A stretch of 64,000 nt of DNA. Origin: the human T2T-CHM13v2.0 reference genome, Homo sapiens. Positions 28,756 to 43,260 of the stretch are shown here, in pieces (the first letter of the stretch is position 1; the number at the start of each line of letters is the position of its first letter). The stretch lies in the NCBI RefSeq assembly GCF_009914755.1, contig NC_060934.1. The stretch is one strand, 5' to 3'. Position numbers and translations under genes: made by a program. The notes below the pieces were generated by a model. That model was not told the DNA's origin and made no database searches. It was given only the letters and a program-made list of their open reading frames with translations.

Positions 28756-31700
28756 ACAGAGCTCAGAGTCCTCTAGGATTCCAAAACTATACAAACATCA
28801 CATAATAGGAGTTTCAAAAACAGTAGAGTCTGAAGAGAGTATTTAAAGAGAAATAATAGCCAAAACCTCCTCATATTTGATTTAAAAAATTAATCTACAC
28901 ATGGAAGAATCTCAATAAATTCCAGGTAGGATAAACTCAAAAAGGTACATATCTAAACATGTCATAATTAACCTGTCAAATAACAAAGACAAAGAGAGAA
29001 TCTTGAAAACAACATTTTTAAGAGATAAGCAACTGATCACGTGTGAGGAATCTACAATAGGAATAACAGCTGGATTTTTTATCAGAAATTATGGAAGCCA
29101 GAAAGCAGTAGGGATAGGAAAGAGGGAATAAAGGGGGGGAGAAGAAAAGACAGGAATAAAACAAATAATACTATATTCAGCAAAATTGTTATTTAAAAAT
29201 AAATGAGAAATTAAGACCTTTCTATATTTTTAAAAAACTGACAGAATTCATTGCTTGCCTTATAGAGAATGCTAAGTACAGTCCTCCAGAGTCCTTTAGA
29301 ACACCATTAGATAACATTAAAAAATTCAGAAGAAATAGACAAATTCCTAATACATATATCTATGAAAACTAATGCAAGAAGAAATGTAAAATGAAAATAG
29401 ACTCATACAAGTAAAGAAATTGAAATAGTAATGTAAAAATCCCGAAAAACAAAGAAAACACTTTTCACAATGAAAAGCCTAATCCAAAATGACCTCCTCC
29501 ATGGATTCTCCCAAATATTTAAAGAAAATTAACATCAATTCTTCACAAGCTCTTACAAAATGCAGAAGAGGAGAGAACACTTCCCAACTCGTTTTCTGAA
29601 GTCAGTGTTCCTTTTATTTCAAAACCAGACAGTGACATGACAAGAAGAAAAAAACTGCATTTATCCCTTATAGATCTGAAAATCCTCAAAAATTACTAAA
29701 AAATAAAGCAAATCTAACAACACATAAAAAACGATTATACCCTACACACAAGTGGGATTTATTCTAGGTATGTTAAGATTGATTCAACCTATCAAATCAA
29801 TATAATAAATAATAGAAAATAGAGGAAAAACAAATGATCATCCTAAAGGGAGAAGAAACATTTGACACAACCCAATATTATCTAATGATTTCAAAACAAC
29901 AACAACAAAACAAACTTGGAATAGAAAGGTATTTCCTTAGCCTAACAAAGGGCATTTATGAAAAACCCACCAGTAACATCATACTTAGTAATGCAAGACT
30001 GAAATATTTCCCCCTAAGTTTAGGAACAATACAAAGATGTTCACTCTCACCGCTTCTATTGAACATTTTACTAAACATGCTATCCAAGGCAATTAAGCAA
30101 TAAAAAATAGTTGTCTAAATTTGAAAGAAGGAAGTAAAATTAACTCTAGTCACAGATGACATAATCTCACATATAGAAACCCATAAAGAATACACAATAA
30201 CAACTATTGGAGCTAATAAGAGAGTATAGCAAAGTTGCAGTACATTGAATCAACAAACAAAAATCATCAGTTGTATTTCTAGACAACAGCAATGAATCAT
30301 CTGAAAATGAAATTAAAGACAAACAATTCTATTTACAATAGCATCAAAAATAATAAAATACTTAAAAATAAACTTAACCAAGGAAGTTCAAGACTTGTAC
30401 AATGAAAACAACAAAATATTGCTTTAAAAAAGAAAACCCAAATAAATGAAAGATATCCCATATTCATGAATTAGAAAACATTATTCAAATTGATAATATT
30501 CTCAAGATTGATCTACAGTTCACTGTTGTACCTTTCAAATTTTTAATTGCCTTTTTAAAAAAAATTAACAATCTTTTTAAAGAGTTTTATGAAAATACAA
30601 GAAACATAGGATAGCCAAAACAATCTTGAACTAGAAGAAAGTTGGAGAACTCACACTTTCCAAGTTCAAAACGTATTACAAAGCTACAGTAATCAAGTCA
30701 GTGTGATAATGGAATAAAGATAGAAATATAAATCAAATAAAATGAAAGAGAGTTCAAAATTAAATCTATGTAACTATACCAATGAATTTTTAACAAGGCT
30801 TCCAAGATCATTAAACAGGAAAAATAGTCTTCTCAACAAATGGTGCCAAAACAACTGGAAATCCACATGCAAAAGAATAAAGATGGAGACCTACCTCATA
30901 CTATATTCAAAAATAACTCAAAATGGATCAAGGATCAATATGTAAGAACTAAACTATAAAACTATCGGATGACATCATAAGGGTAAATATTTATGAACTT
31001 GAATTATGCAGTGACTTCTTAAACCACGAGTAACCAAAGGAAAAAATAATTAAATTGAAATTCACGAAAATTAAAAACTTTTGTACATCAAAATACACTA
31101 TCAAGAAATTAAAAATACAAACCATAGAATAAGAGAAAATATTTGCTGATCATATATCCAATAGAAGTCTAGAGTCTAGAATATATAAGGACTCTTACAA
31201 CTCAATAACAAGATAAATCCAATTAAAAGTGGGCAAAGGGCTTGAATAGAGATTTTTTCCAAAGAAGATGTACAAATGGCCAATAATCACATGGACAGAT
31301 GCTCAACATTATTAGTTACTAGGAAAATACAACTCAAAACTGCCAGAAATACAACTATACACAATTATAATAGTTATAAAAAAAGATAGCATCATGTATT
31401 GGGAAAGAAGTGGAGAAACTGAAACCCTCGCTGATAGTGGAAACCTAAAATAAAATGGCATTATGAAAACTACTTTGCCAGTTTTTCAAAAAGTTAAAGA
31501 TAGAGTTACCATAAGAATCAGCAAATTCAGCCTTAAATATATATTCAAGAGAGTTGAATATATACATCTATTCAAAAATTTGTATATGAATGTTAATAGC
31601 AGTATTACTCTTAACAGTCAAAACTTGAAAGCAACTCAAATGTCCACCAACTGAAGACTAGATAAACAAATGGGGTATGCCCATGCAATGGAATATTTTT

Positions 31701-32274
31701 CAGCCATAAAAAGGAATTATATATTGATACATGCTATAACATAGATTAATCTTGAAAACATGCTAAGAGAAAATCTAATCTCTGAAAACCACATATCATA
31801 TTCCAGTTATCTGAAATGTCCAGAATAAGCAAATCGATAGAGACAAAAAGTAGGTTAGTAGTTGCCAGGTGCTGGAAATGGCTGCTAATGGGTATGGGGA
31901 TTATTTCTGGGTTAATGAAAATGTTTAGATTTAGATAGTTGGGATAGTTTCATAATTTTGTGAATATACTAAAAACCACTGAATTGTATACTTTATAGTG
32001 AATGTCTTGGTATGCTAATTCTATCTCTATTGAGAACAAAACATAAGCCAACATTTATAAATTTCAGAAACAACATAGGTTGAGAACCTCAGGTGATGTG
32101 GCGTTCCTTTGAACTATAATGTTGAATTTGGAGGAATTTTAGGATTTCTCTATTCTACCTCCATAGACTCATTAATTATTAACTCTAGGTTTGCTTCAAA
32201 ATGATTAATGATAGTGCAGAAATAAGATCCAGTAATACCATTTTTGTTTGTAACTTGGAATCAACTTAGGATAC

Positions 32275-32470
32275 AAAATAGCATTCGTTTAACAGCTACT
32301 ATGTGAACGCCAGCGAAGATAAACACATTTTTAACAAATATAATCCTTTGGGAAAGAAGAATATTATCTTCATTTCACAGATTTTAAAATGTGGGTCAAA
32401 TTGATACCAAAGTGAAAGACCTGACAAAGGGCAAGGATAGGATTTGACATTGACATATTTTGCATCTAAC
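32275..32470 (-). mobile_element. MIR remnant
   Basis: TACTATGTG…ATTATCTTCATTTCACAGAT…GATAGGATTTGAC. Confidence 0.55.
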
Positions 32471-33544
32471 TACATCCTCCTCCTACTTTTTAATACTTTT
32501 ACTACAATGTTTACACTTTATCCCCATCCATGTGGAAATATAAAATGTGGGCATTTGAATTAAGGCCCTGTTATAGCCATAGAACACTATTAACACCATG
32601 TTATCACTGTCAACATTTATGAGTTGTTTAATTGGCATATTATGTACAGTCAGGTGGGGGTAGAAGGGCCAACATATCACAATATGATAAACATAACAGA
32701 ATTCTTCAGTTTCTATACAACTAATCACAACAAGATGTGGATGTAACACTTCTGAGGAAAAAACAATCACAAGGGGATATCTTCTGCACCATGAAAAGCC
32801 TTCATGGCTTCATTTCAGGAGGACAGATTACCCTCTGCTCTCCAACTGCTTGAAGGTTGAGTTTCTGGCTTAGGCAGCTTCAGATAATTGAACCTAATAG
32901 CTGTTGTTCTGTGGCCTTTGGTCCTTTCCCCAAAGAAATATGTATGGATATAATAAAGAGTTACTTCTAGACAGATATGTAGACTGTTTATGCTATATTC
33001 ATGATTTGTTAAATAATTTTATATTAAATATAATTTGGAAAGTCTGCCTATTTACTGCACTATATCAAAGCCCCTAGTGTGAATGCACAGTGGTTCACAG
33101 TATCTTATCTTCACTTTTAACTCTGTAAAGTCCAAAATCAGGCATAATCTCAGTAATTTTTATCCACTAAACTTCCTTCTGTAGATGTTTCTATTCTTGG
33201 AAATATTTATGGGTACTTTAATGTGAATTAGGAAGAGAGCTTTCCTGACATTTTCCCACAAATTATCAGCCTGCTATGCAAGCAAGTAGAAAGTTACACA
33301 ATGAAAATGAAGATGCTAGGTTTCCAAGCCTAAGGATCAAATTTAGAAATATGAGTATATTATTTACCAACTAAAATTGAGAAAATGTTACATAGAAATT
33401 CTAAGATCAATAAGCAGATTGATCTGCATGTAAAAGATGAATATAAGCAATAACAATCATAGAGAGAGAATGGTACCTGAGTTTCTTGTATAGAGCCACC
33501 CTGTCAAAACTTTGGTGGCTACAAAATTAGCAACAGAAGAAAGT

Positions 33545-33547
<3 letters not shown>

Positions 33548-33600
<53 letters not shown>

Positions 33601-33608
33601 TGTGCATA

Positions 33609-33669
<61 letters not shown>
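33548..33669. repeat. Compound microsatellite (AT)25…(TG)9(TA)21
   Basis: Counted directly: 33548-33597, 33609-33626 and 33627-33668. Confidence 0.97.
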
Positions 33670-33671
<2 letters not shown>

Positions 33672-34869
33672 TCAGCCATACTTTTCCAGGTAGATACTAA
33701 TGTTTGTAAGCTATAATCAACACAAGTAAAGTTGTGAAGTTAATATACACCCACTGCCTACACATTCTCCAATACAGGCTTCAAAACACAAGCCTGGGGA
33801 TTGGCTCTTGGTTGCAGGTACTTTGCTAATCATTTATAGTTTATCATTATGCCTTAATATTATATCATTATGCCTTAATTATTATATTGGTGGTAAGACA
33901 CGATTGAACTTTCATTTACATTTGAAAGTCTTCTTCAAAATTTGAAACAAATACTTGGACAATATATGCAGTATTAAGGAAATCTGTATGAAATTGTTTC
34001 TGGCTAAAGAAACAAGGATTATGTTTTCCAACTTGCCTTTAAAACATTGAATAAGTTAATAAAGATTATGAAGGATCAAAGCAAACTGAGAAATGCTAAG
34101 ACTACTCATGTCAAAATCTGGAAAATTTTTCACTAAATTTAGATAAATGGATATGAATTAAGGAAAAACTATTATCTTCACCTCCTGGTGTATTTAGGAT
34201 TTACCTCAGAAGAACTACATTTAACAATTAGAAGGTAAATACATTTTAACCTATCTGTCCAGATGTGCAGATTTTTAAAGTTTCTTACCATATTTCAAAG
34301 TTTACTTCAAGTTTATTGGGAAAGCACTTAAATTATGCTAGAGTATACACAATAAAAGTGATTTCTTACTTTTCCAGTTTCCAAGGGGGTAACCCCCAAC
34401 TTTTCACTCTGTATATAATAGGGTGGGGGTGAGAAAGAGAGAGAGTAAATTCAAAAAAATTTGTGTTACTCATTTTTGACAGAAACAATTTTCAAATTCT
34501 CTCTTTTAAAAATAAATGTCAATATATATTAAGATCATCCATGTAGTAGTTACGAATCTACTTCATTCATTTAAATAATTATATGTTATTTAGTATATGA
34601 ACATGCTTCTTTTAATAACTCTTGCCATTCATGTTTATTATCAGTATTTATGCAGTGCCTATATGTGTACATTAAGTCTGAAATTACACTTGTAAATTTT
34701 GAGATGCGCTACAATATTTATATCTAAACCAGTTTTCACTCCCATCTGTATCAGATTGTTCTTTTTTATCTATATCATCACCTGCAGTGAATATTGCAGC
34801 TTTAAAATTTAAAAAGTTTTTTAAATTTTCCATTATTAGAAGTTTCCTTGGTATTAGAAATTAGAAAAG

Positions 34870-35257
34870 GTTATTTGCTCAACTCTATCTGTTTAACACT
34901 CTACTGGAGATCGTGAGTGGTGCAGCCAGTGAGATAAATAAATTAGAGGCATTAGAACATGAAAGAAAAAAATAAGTCTATTTTTTCTAGCAAATGGCAT
35001 AATTTTATCATAAATCTTTAAATATTTAGAAAAACTAATAGAATTAATAAATGAATTCTATATCAATACAAAAATATGAAGTGTGTTCTCTATACTAGAA
35101 ATAAAATTCAAAAGTTTATATTTTTAAAAAGCATTTTAGAAGAAAATAAATATCTAGAATTAAATCTAACCAAGTTGTGTCAGATATCACTATGAAAATA
35201 TATAAAAATCATTGACAATAGTTTAAGAACTAAATAAATGGAGAAGTATCCCCTCTT
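34870..35257 (+). mobile_element. Ancient L1M ORF2 fragment; continues at ~40505
   Basis: Ends at GAACTAAATAAATGGAGAAGTATCC and resumes at the next L1 position (…AGGAAAGTCGAATACTGTAAAG) after the antisense L1MA. Confidence 0.6.
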
Positions 35258-38200
35258 AAAAATCTTTTCAAGTGACATATAATAATTGCATGTATTTATG
35301 GGGCACAGTGTAATGTTTTGACCTAACATTTTAGAAACATTAAATCAAGATAATTAATTTATTCATCACCTCATCAACTTATTTTTTTTCTGGTGAGAAC
35401 ATTAAAAATCTGCTTTTAGTAAATTTGAAATATAAAATACACTATTATTAACTGTGGTCACCACGCAATACAATAGCTTACTTAAACTTATTCTTCCATT
35501 CTAACTGAAAATTTGAACCCTTTGATTAACATCTACACTTTCCCCATCCCTTTCTGTACCAAGAAACTTCCCACTTTCTGTTTCTATGAAATTGACATTA
35601 TACTAAGTGAAATAACCCCGGCACAGAAAGACAAATATTGTTTAATATCACTGATATGTGGAATCTAAATAGAATTTAGATCTCATAGAAACAGAAAGTT
35701 GAAAGGTCAATATATAACATCATTAAATTTGCTATTGTGTTGTTTGAGCTCCTTTTATATTCTGGTTATTAATCCCTTGTCAGATGGGCAATTTATAAAT
35801 ATTTCCTCCCATGTTGTGGGTTGTCTCTTCACGTTTTCGGTTATTTCCTTTGCTATGCAGTTTTTTAGCTTGATGTAATCCTATTTATTTATTTTTGCTT
35901 TGGAGGTCTTAAACAAAAAATCTCTGCCCAATCCAATGTCCTAGAGCATTTCCTCATTTTTTTTCCTTCTAGTAGTTTCATCGTTCCGATCTTAGGTTTA
36001 AATCTTTAATCCATTTGGATTTAATATTTGTGTATGGTGAAAAAGAGAGGAGGGGTTAGTTTTATTCTTTTACATACAGTTATCCAGTTTTACTAGCACC
36101 ATTTATTGAAGACCATTCTTTCCCCTATTGCATGTTCCTGGCACCTTTATCAAAGATTAGTTGGCTGTAAATTTATGGATTTATATCTGGATTCTCTATT
36201 CTGTTCTATTATTCTATGAATCTGTTTTTATGACAGTACCAGGTTAATTTGGTTACTATAGCTTTGTAATAAATTTTGAAGTCAGGTAGTGTGATGCCTC
36301 AAGTTTGTCCTTTTTGCTCAGGATTGCATAGATTATTCAGGGTCTTTTGTGGTCCCATATAAATGTTAACTTTTTTTTCTATTTCTGCTAAGCATGTAAT
36401 TAGTATTTTGAGGAGAATTGCATTGTCTCTGTAGAATCTTTTTGAGTTATATTGCTATTTTCACAGTATCGATTATTCCAATTCATGAGGATGGAGTACC
36501 TTTTTATTTTTTACATCCTCTTCAATTATTTTTATCCATGTTTTATAGTTTTTCTTGTATAGGTCTTTAACTTCTTTCATTAAATTTATTCCTGGATATT
36601 TTATATTGTCTGTAACAATTGCAAATGGGATTGTTTTCTTGATTTCTTTTTCAGATGGTTCACTGTTGGCATATATAAATGCTACTAATTTTTGTATGTT
36701 GATTTAGTATTATAGAACGTTAATAAATTTGTCATTATTTCTAACAGCTTTTTGGTAGAGTGTTTAGGATTGTCTAAGTACAACATCATGCCATCTGATC
36801 CTTGATTTCTTCCTGTCCAATATGGATGCCCTTTATTCTTTCCCCTTGCTTTATTGCTCTGGCCAAGACTCCCAGTACTATATTGAATACAAGAGGTGGA
36901 AGTGGACATTCTTGTCTTCTTCCAGGTCTTAGAAAAAATGGTGTTCAATTTTTTCCCATTCAGTATGGTATTAGCTATGGGTTTGTCATATATAACCTGC
37001 CTTATTTTGAGATGTCTTTATTCTACACCCTGTTTTATAGGATTTTTATCATAAAGGGATATTAAATTTTATCAAATTCTTTTTCAGCATCTCCTGAAAT
37101 AATCTTATAGTTTTTGTTCTTGGTTCTGTTAATGTAATATGTCACATTTATTGGCTTTTATATGTCAAATTATTCTTGCATCCCTGGGAAATGAATCCCA
37201 CTTAATCATGGTACATAATATTTTTAGTGTGTTATTGAATTTGATATGCTTGTATTTTCTTGAGGATTTTTGTGTGTATGTTCATCTGTAATACTGGCCT
37301 GTAGTTTTCATTTTTTTGTGGTGTCCTCATCTGGCTTTAGTATCAGGATAGTGCTGGCTTCATAAAGTGAGTTTGAAAGTATCTTCTTCTCTGCAATTTA
37401 TCTGAATAGTTTGAGTAAAATTGGTATTCATTCTTCTTACATGTTTGTTAGAATTCAGGAGTGAAACAGTCAGGTCCTCATCTTTTCTTTGATCTCTAAC
37501 TTCGCTATCAGTATATTGAAGTTTTCTATTTTTTCATGGTTCAGTCTTGGTAAGTTGTGTGTGTCTACAAATTTATTAATTTCTTCTAGAATTTCCAATT
37601 TGTTGATGCAAAGTTGTTTATAATAGTCTCTAATTGTTCTTTGTATTTCTGTGGCCTCAGTTATGTCTCCTTTTATATTTCTGATGTTATCTACTTGGGC
37701 CCTCTCTCTTTTTTCCTTAATCTAGTCAAAGGTTAGTCAATTTTGTTTATCTTTTCCAAAAAACTGACTTTTCATTTCACTGTTCTTTTGTACTATTTTT
37801 AGTTTCAATTTCATTTATGTCAGCTGTGATCTCTACTATATCTTTCCTTGTAATAATCTTAGGTTTGGTTTCTTCTTGCTTTTCTACTTTCTTCAGGTGT
37901 ATCATTACCTAGTTTATTTGAAATCTTCTTTTTTGTTATAATTGTTTATTAATATAAATGTCCCTCTTAGTGCTGCTTTTGCTATATCCCACAGATTTTG
38001 GTATGTTGTATTTCCATTTTTAATTTTCTTTTTAATTTTTTCATTGACTCATTGGTTGTTTGGGAACATATTGTTTAATTTCGATGTGTTTATGGGTTTT
38101 TCTGAGGTTCCAGTTATTAATTTCTAGTTTTATTTTATTATGTTCAGAAAAGGCACTTGATATGATTTTAATTTTTAAATTTGGTCAGACATGATTTTGG

Positions 38201-40500
38201 CCTAAGATATGGTTTGTTCTGGAGAATGTTCCATGTGTTGATGAAGAGAACATGTACTCTGAAGCCGTTTGGAAAAATATTCTATAACTATCAATTAGGC
38301 CTCTTACATCTAATGTGTAGTTTAACTGCTATGTTTCTCTGTTGATTTTCTGTCTGGATGATTCAATTACTAGGAGTGGGTGTTAAAGTCCCCTACTATT
38401 ATTATAATGTGCTCTCTCTCTCTTTAAATCTATTAATGTTTACTTTATGTAATTTGGAGCTCTGCTATTAGATATTAAAACATAGAAATTTATCATTATT
38501 AATCCTCTTTCGAATTGACTCCTTTAACATTACATAGTGACCTTTGACTCCTTTAAGTGTTTGATTTGTAGTTTATTTTATCTAATATAAATATAGCTAC
38601 TCCTCATCATTTTGGGTTTATAATTGCAAGGAATATCATTTTTCACCCCTTCACTTTCAGTCTATATGAGTGACATGGATTTCTTACAGGCAGCATATAG
38701 TTAGTTCTTGTTTCATTATCCATTCAGGTATTCTATTCCTTTTAATTGAAGGCTATTTACATTCAGTTTTGTTATTAATAAGTAAGGGTCTACTGCTGCC
38801 ATTTCGTTGCTGGTTTCTGTTTGTTTTGCAACTCCTCTTTTTCTTTATTCCTTTCTTACTGTCTTCCTTTGTTGGTAAGTGATTTTATCTGGTAGTATGT
38901 TTTAATTAATTGCTGTTTGTTGCCAGTGAGCCTATTACAGGTTTTGGTATTGTGGTTACTATGAAGCTTACAAGAAACATATTAATATATAATGTTATTT
39001 TAAAGAGATGAAAACTTCTCTTAGGTCACAAAGAAAAGAATAGAAACAAACAAAAGAAGAAAACTTCTGTACTTTAACTCCATCCCTCCAACATTTTGAC
39101 TTTTAAGTATTTCCTTTCCATATTTTATGTTACCTATCTCTTAACAGGTTGTTGTAGCTGTTACTGTTTTTGATAGATTTGTGTTTTGTGTTTTATACTA
39201 AGTCTATGAGTGAATTGCACATCACAATTATAGTATTAGGGTACTCTGGGTTTGTCCATATACTTAATTTACCAGTGGATTTTATACCTTCAATTTTTTT
39301 TGGTTTTGCACATGAGTGTTTTCTTCTTTCAGATTGAAGAACTCCCTTTAGCATTTCTAGTTACACCAATCTGGTGGTATCAGCCTTTGTTTTTCTGGGA
39401 AATACTTTATCTCTCCTTCATATTAGAAGAGTAACTTTCCTGGATACAGTATTCTTGAATGACAGGTATTTGGGGGTTTTGTTTTGTTTTTCCTTTAAGT
39501 ATTTTGAAAATGTTATTCTACTCCCTCCTGTGTGCTTTCCATTGAGAAGTCTTATGATATTTGCTTATTTTATCTTGCTGCTTTTATGATTCTCTCTTTA
39601 TCTTTGACCTACAAGGTTTGATTATTATATGTCTCGATGTTGTCCTATTTGGATAAAATTTGTCATGTGTTCTCTGATCTTCCTGTACTGGACATTTATA
39701 TCTTTCCCAGTTTTTGAGACGTTATCCGTTATTATTCATTTGAATAACTCTCTGTTCCCTGCCCTTGCTCAACTCCCTCTTGAACATGAGTAATTCTTAG
39801 ATTTGGTCTTTTGAGGTAATTTTTGGTATCTCATAAACAATTTTCTTGCTTTTGATTTCTTTTTTTGCTCCTCTGTGTATTTTCAATTAGACTGTCCTTG
39901 AGGTCAGTGATTCTTTTCTCTGGTTGATTCATACTCTTCTTGAGAGGCACTAATGAATTTTTCACTTCAGCAAATGTATTTCTGAGTTCTAAGATGTCTG
40001 TTTGATTTTGTTTATTATCTCCATCTCTTTGCTAAACTTCCATGATAAATTTCTGAATTGCTTTTCTGTGTTATCTTGAAGATCATTGAGTTTCCTTAAA
40101 ATTACTATTTTGAATTGTTGATTAGAGCACTCACATATTGTCTTGTTCGGGTCAGTTATTGGTTTCTTGTTTTGTTTGGGGAGATCATGGTTGCCTGTTT
40201 ACTATTTTTTTCTTATGGATGTGCATCTATGTCTTTGCACCAAAGGATTAGTTATTTTTTCTAGTCTTCTCTCTCTGGCTGAAAGACCTGGGAATTCTTC
40301 CCTGATTGAAAGGCTCTGTGCTCAGTGTGGCATTAGTACATGAATGAATCCCAGTCTTTCCCACCCGTTTTGATGTGGATATGTTCTCAGTCATTTAGTT
40401 TGTAGGAGTCTTTCAACTACACTCTGGCTTTCTCTTGGAGATAACTGATCCATGTGTAGATGTCAGGAGGCTTCTGTTCTGCCATGTTGCTCATGCCATC
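35258..40500 (-). mobile_element. Near-full-length L1MA (L1MA5-8-like) with rearranged 3' region and mostly deleted 5'UTR
   Basis: L1MA 3'UTR, antisense ORF2 35735-38800, ORF1 ~39300-40280, and L1 5'-terminal motif AGCAACATGGCAGAACAGAAGCCTCC (rc of ~40465-40491). Confidence 0.82.
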
Positions 40501-40504
40501 TTCA

Positions 40505-41360
40505 GAAATATACCATTTTTATAGTAGGAAAGTCGAATACTGTAAAGGTCTCAATTCTCCTCAACTTTATTTATAAATCCAACATAATTAGAATAAAATC
40601 TTAGCAGATTTTTAAAGTCAAAATTGACAATTGATTTTTAAATCTGTAAGGTTCTAAAATAGTTTAAACAATCAAATTGAAAGAAGAAGTTCAGAGAATG
40701 TACATTACTACTAATATCAAGATACTTATAAACCTATAGTGACAAAGACAGCATGAAAATGGACAAGAAAAGACAAATAGGCCAATGGAGCAGAATAGAA
40801 TTCAGCTATTGTTACCTGAAACTTAGCTGTAATGAGGCAAGGCTGCAGTTTTCAAAACCTGGTGTTTGGTTAATTGGCCATTCTTATGAGAAAGAAAAAA
40901 AATTCTTTATCCCTACTTTACACCACAAGTACAAATAAACTGTAGTTGGATTGTAGAACTAAGCATAAAAGGTAATCTAATAATACTTTTAAGAAAAAAT
41001 AGAAGAACTTTATTACTTAAAAATTACTTTAAAAATTCAAAAATGTTACTTTGGCAAAAACATCATTAAGGGAATGAAAAGGCAAGTTACAAAGTGGATG
41101 TACACATTTAAAGTACAAAGGGATTATATCCATGATTTATTTTTAAAATTTCTATACTAGGAGAAAAAAAGGCAAATAAGGTAATATAAATACTGGCAAA
41201 GAATTTAGGGAAGGTTGTGACTGAAAGACAGCTATCAAGAAGACTTCTAGAGTGCTACTTTTTGAATTAGGGGCTAGTTACATGTGTGTCCACTTTATAA
41301 TTATTAAAAGCTGTATACTTATGGTCTGCACTATTTTTATATATATTTCATTTCAACATA
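40505..41360 (+). mobile_element. Ancient L1 (L1ME-like) ORF2 and 3' end fragments
   Basis: AGACAAATAGGCCAATGGAGCAGAATAGA; L1ME-type terminal AAAGCTGTATACTTATG…CATTTCAACATAA. Confidence 0.6.
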
Positions 41361-41949
41361 ATGATTGTATAAATATATGAAAGTAAATAAGCTTTGCTCC
41401 TGCCTAAAGAAAAAAAACATAAAGAATGCTGGCAGCTCCATTTGGTTTTTATTTGTTATTATCTGAACAAGAGTACATAAAATAAATTTTCAAATTTTTA
41501 TTAGGAATATGTGTTTCTTCCTTTAGAACTTCAATAAGCATATCCTTTGCAATTGTGCATTGGATGAATTATCCTCATGTTATGTATTTTAGAAGTTCAT
41601 TTTATGTATTTCTAGAGGTTATGAATGTATATATATGTTTTTTGTGTGTATATATGTAATTATATATATATGTATATATATGTGTGTGTATATATATTTT
41701 TTAAGTGTTAAAATTGGAAGTCACTGGGAGGTGTACTGCATGACATAATATTTAATTTTATCTACACTTTCCTCTGCTTCCAAAACATATCATACATAAA
41801 TTTATAAATAAAATTATAGACATCTTTAAAAAACAATATTCTAAGAAAAAAGCAGATATTAACAAAGTTTACATTTAAATAAGAAGAGCATAGTGATTTT
41901 ATTTATTCATTTACATTTTTATGTTTATCATTTTACATTTATAGTAACT

Positions 41950-43260
41950 AAAATTGATATGTGCATGGATTTAATAAAACCAATGCTATTATATATTTAT
42001 GTAGATTAAAAAAGAATATAATTCATCCCTCTAAATTTATTGTTATATTCATTATCATTCCAATCTTTCAAAAATATTATTTGATAAAACTAGACTAATT
42101 AAAAAGTCTATCTGAAAGTAAATAATGTTTTAATTTTGCCATGAAACAAAAATTAAACATATATAGAGATTTTCCATATTATATATCAAAACTTACTACA
42201 TGATTATAAAAATATAAAAAGGGCAATTGATCAGTGGAACAGAAGCAGAATACAGAAATAGACCCATATAAAAGGATTCAGTACAAGACAGAGGAGGATT
42301 TTTCCGTAGATAAGTGAACAGATTTTTCAATAAATGCTTGGGAACAACTGGATAAACATTTGGAAAAAATATAGTGGGATAATTCACAAAATTAAAAAAA
42401 CTAACTTTCAGAAATATTAAAAATAGTTGTATAATAAACCCAAACTTATAATTACTGTGACACAATGGGCCATCTGAATTGAGAAACAAAATCCAGAAAC
42501 CATAAAAAAAGTCTGATAAATTAATTGTGCTTGAAATTTTAATTTCAAAATTTTTCAGAAAAAAAGATATTTCAACAAAATTAATAAAATTAAGCAGTCA
42601 GCTGGAAAAAAATATGTATAACCTGTTAGACACGATCCAGAATTTCTATACCATAAAGAAAAATGTAAAGACAAAACAAATAGAAATAAAAAGAAAAGTA
42701 AATGAATCTTCTATTCAAGGAGTAAAACAAATTGCTAACAAATATGAAGAAAGATGCTCAACCTATTTGCAATCAAGTAAGTGAACATTAAAATAAGACA
42801 ATATCAGCCTGAACAAAATTAAAAAGTGATTGATAATATTCATGTTGAAAGTAAATATTGGTATTTAATTATACATATAATTTTTTATGACAATTGCTAC
42901 TTAAACTTTAATCTGAGTCACTGGGATTTCTTGTTAAGATGTAGATTTTGAAAGAGAAGGTCTGGAGTGCGGCATGGGACTTATTTCCAAAAATTAGATC
43001 CTTCATTAATTTTGACATGTACACAAAGATATATTTACTAGGATACCTATTGTGGAATTATTTTAATTGTGAAGAACTGAAATCACTCAAATTTTTATTG
43101 GAAAGAGAATATCTCTATAAAATCAGGTACAGCCTGAGGGATATCATACAGTAATGTAAAAGGATGAAAATGAATTACCTATACTGATATGAAGAGAAAT
43201 TTTCACAAGAAAGCAGACCAAGTTGAAAAATAAAGTGTGCTGTATAATCTCACTTAAGTG
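41950..43260 (+). mobile_element. Ancient L1ME ORF2/3' fragments
   Basis: GATCAGTGGAACAGAA…CAGAAATAGACCCATA…TTCAATAAATGCTTGGGAACAACTGGATA; AAAGATGCTCAACCT. Confidence 0.6.

Larger units (their letters stand above)
28000..32040 (+). mobile_element. L1MB-like element: ORF1 remnants, deletion near 29300, ORF2 and 3'UTR
   Basis: ORF1-like 28780-29280; ORF2 peptides in ORFs 29834-30103 and 30742-30945; L1MB-type end GTGAATATACTAAAAACCACTGAATTGTATACTTTA. Confidence 0.8.
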
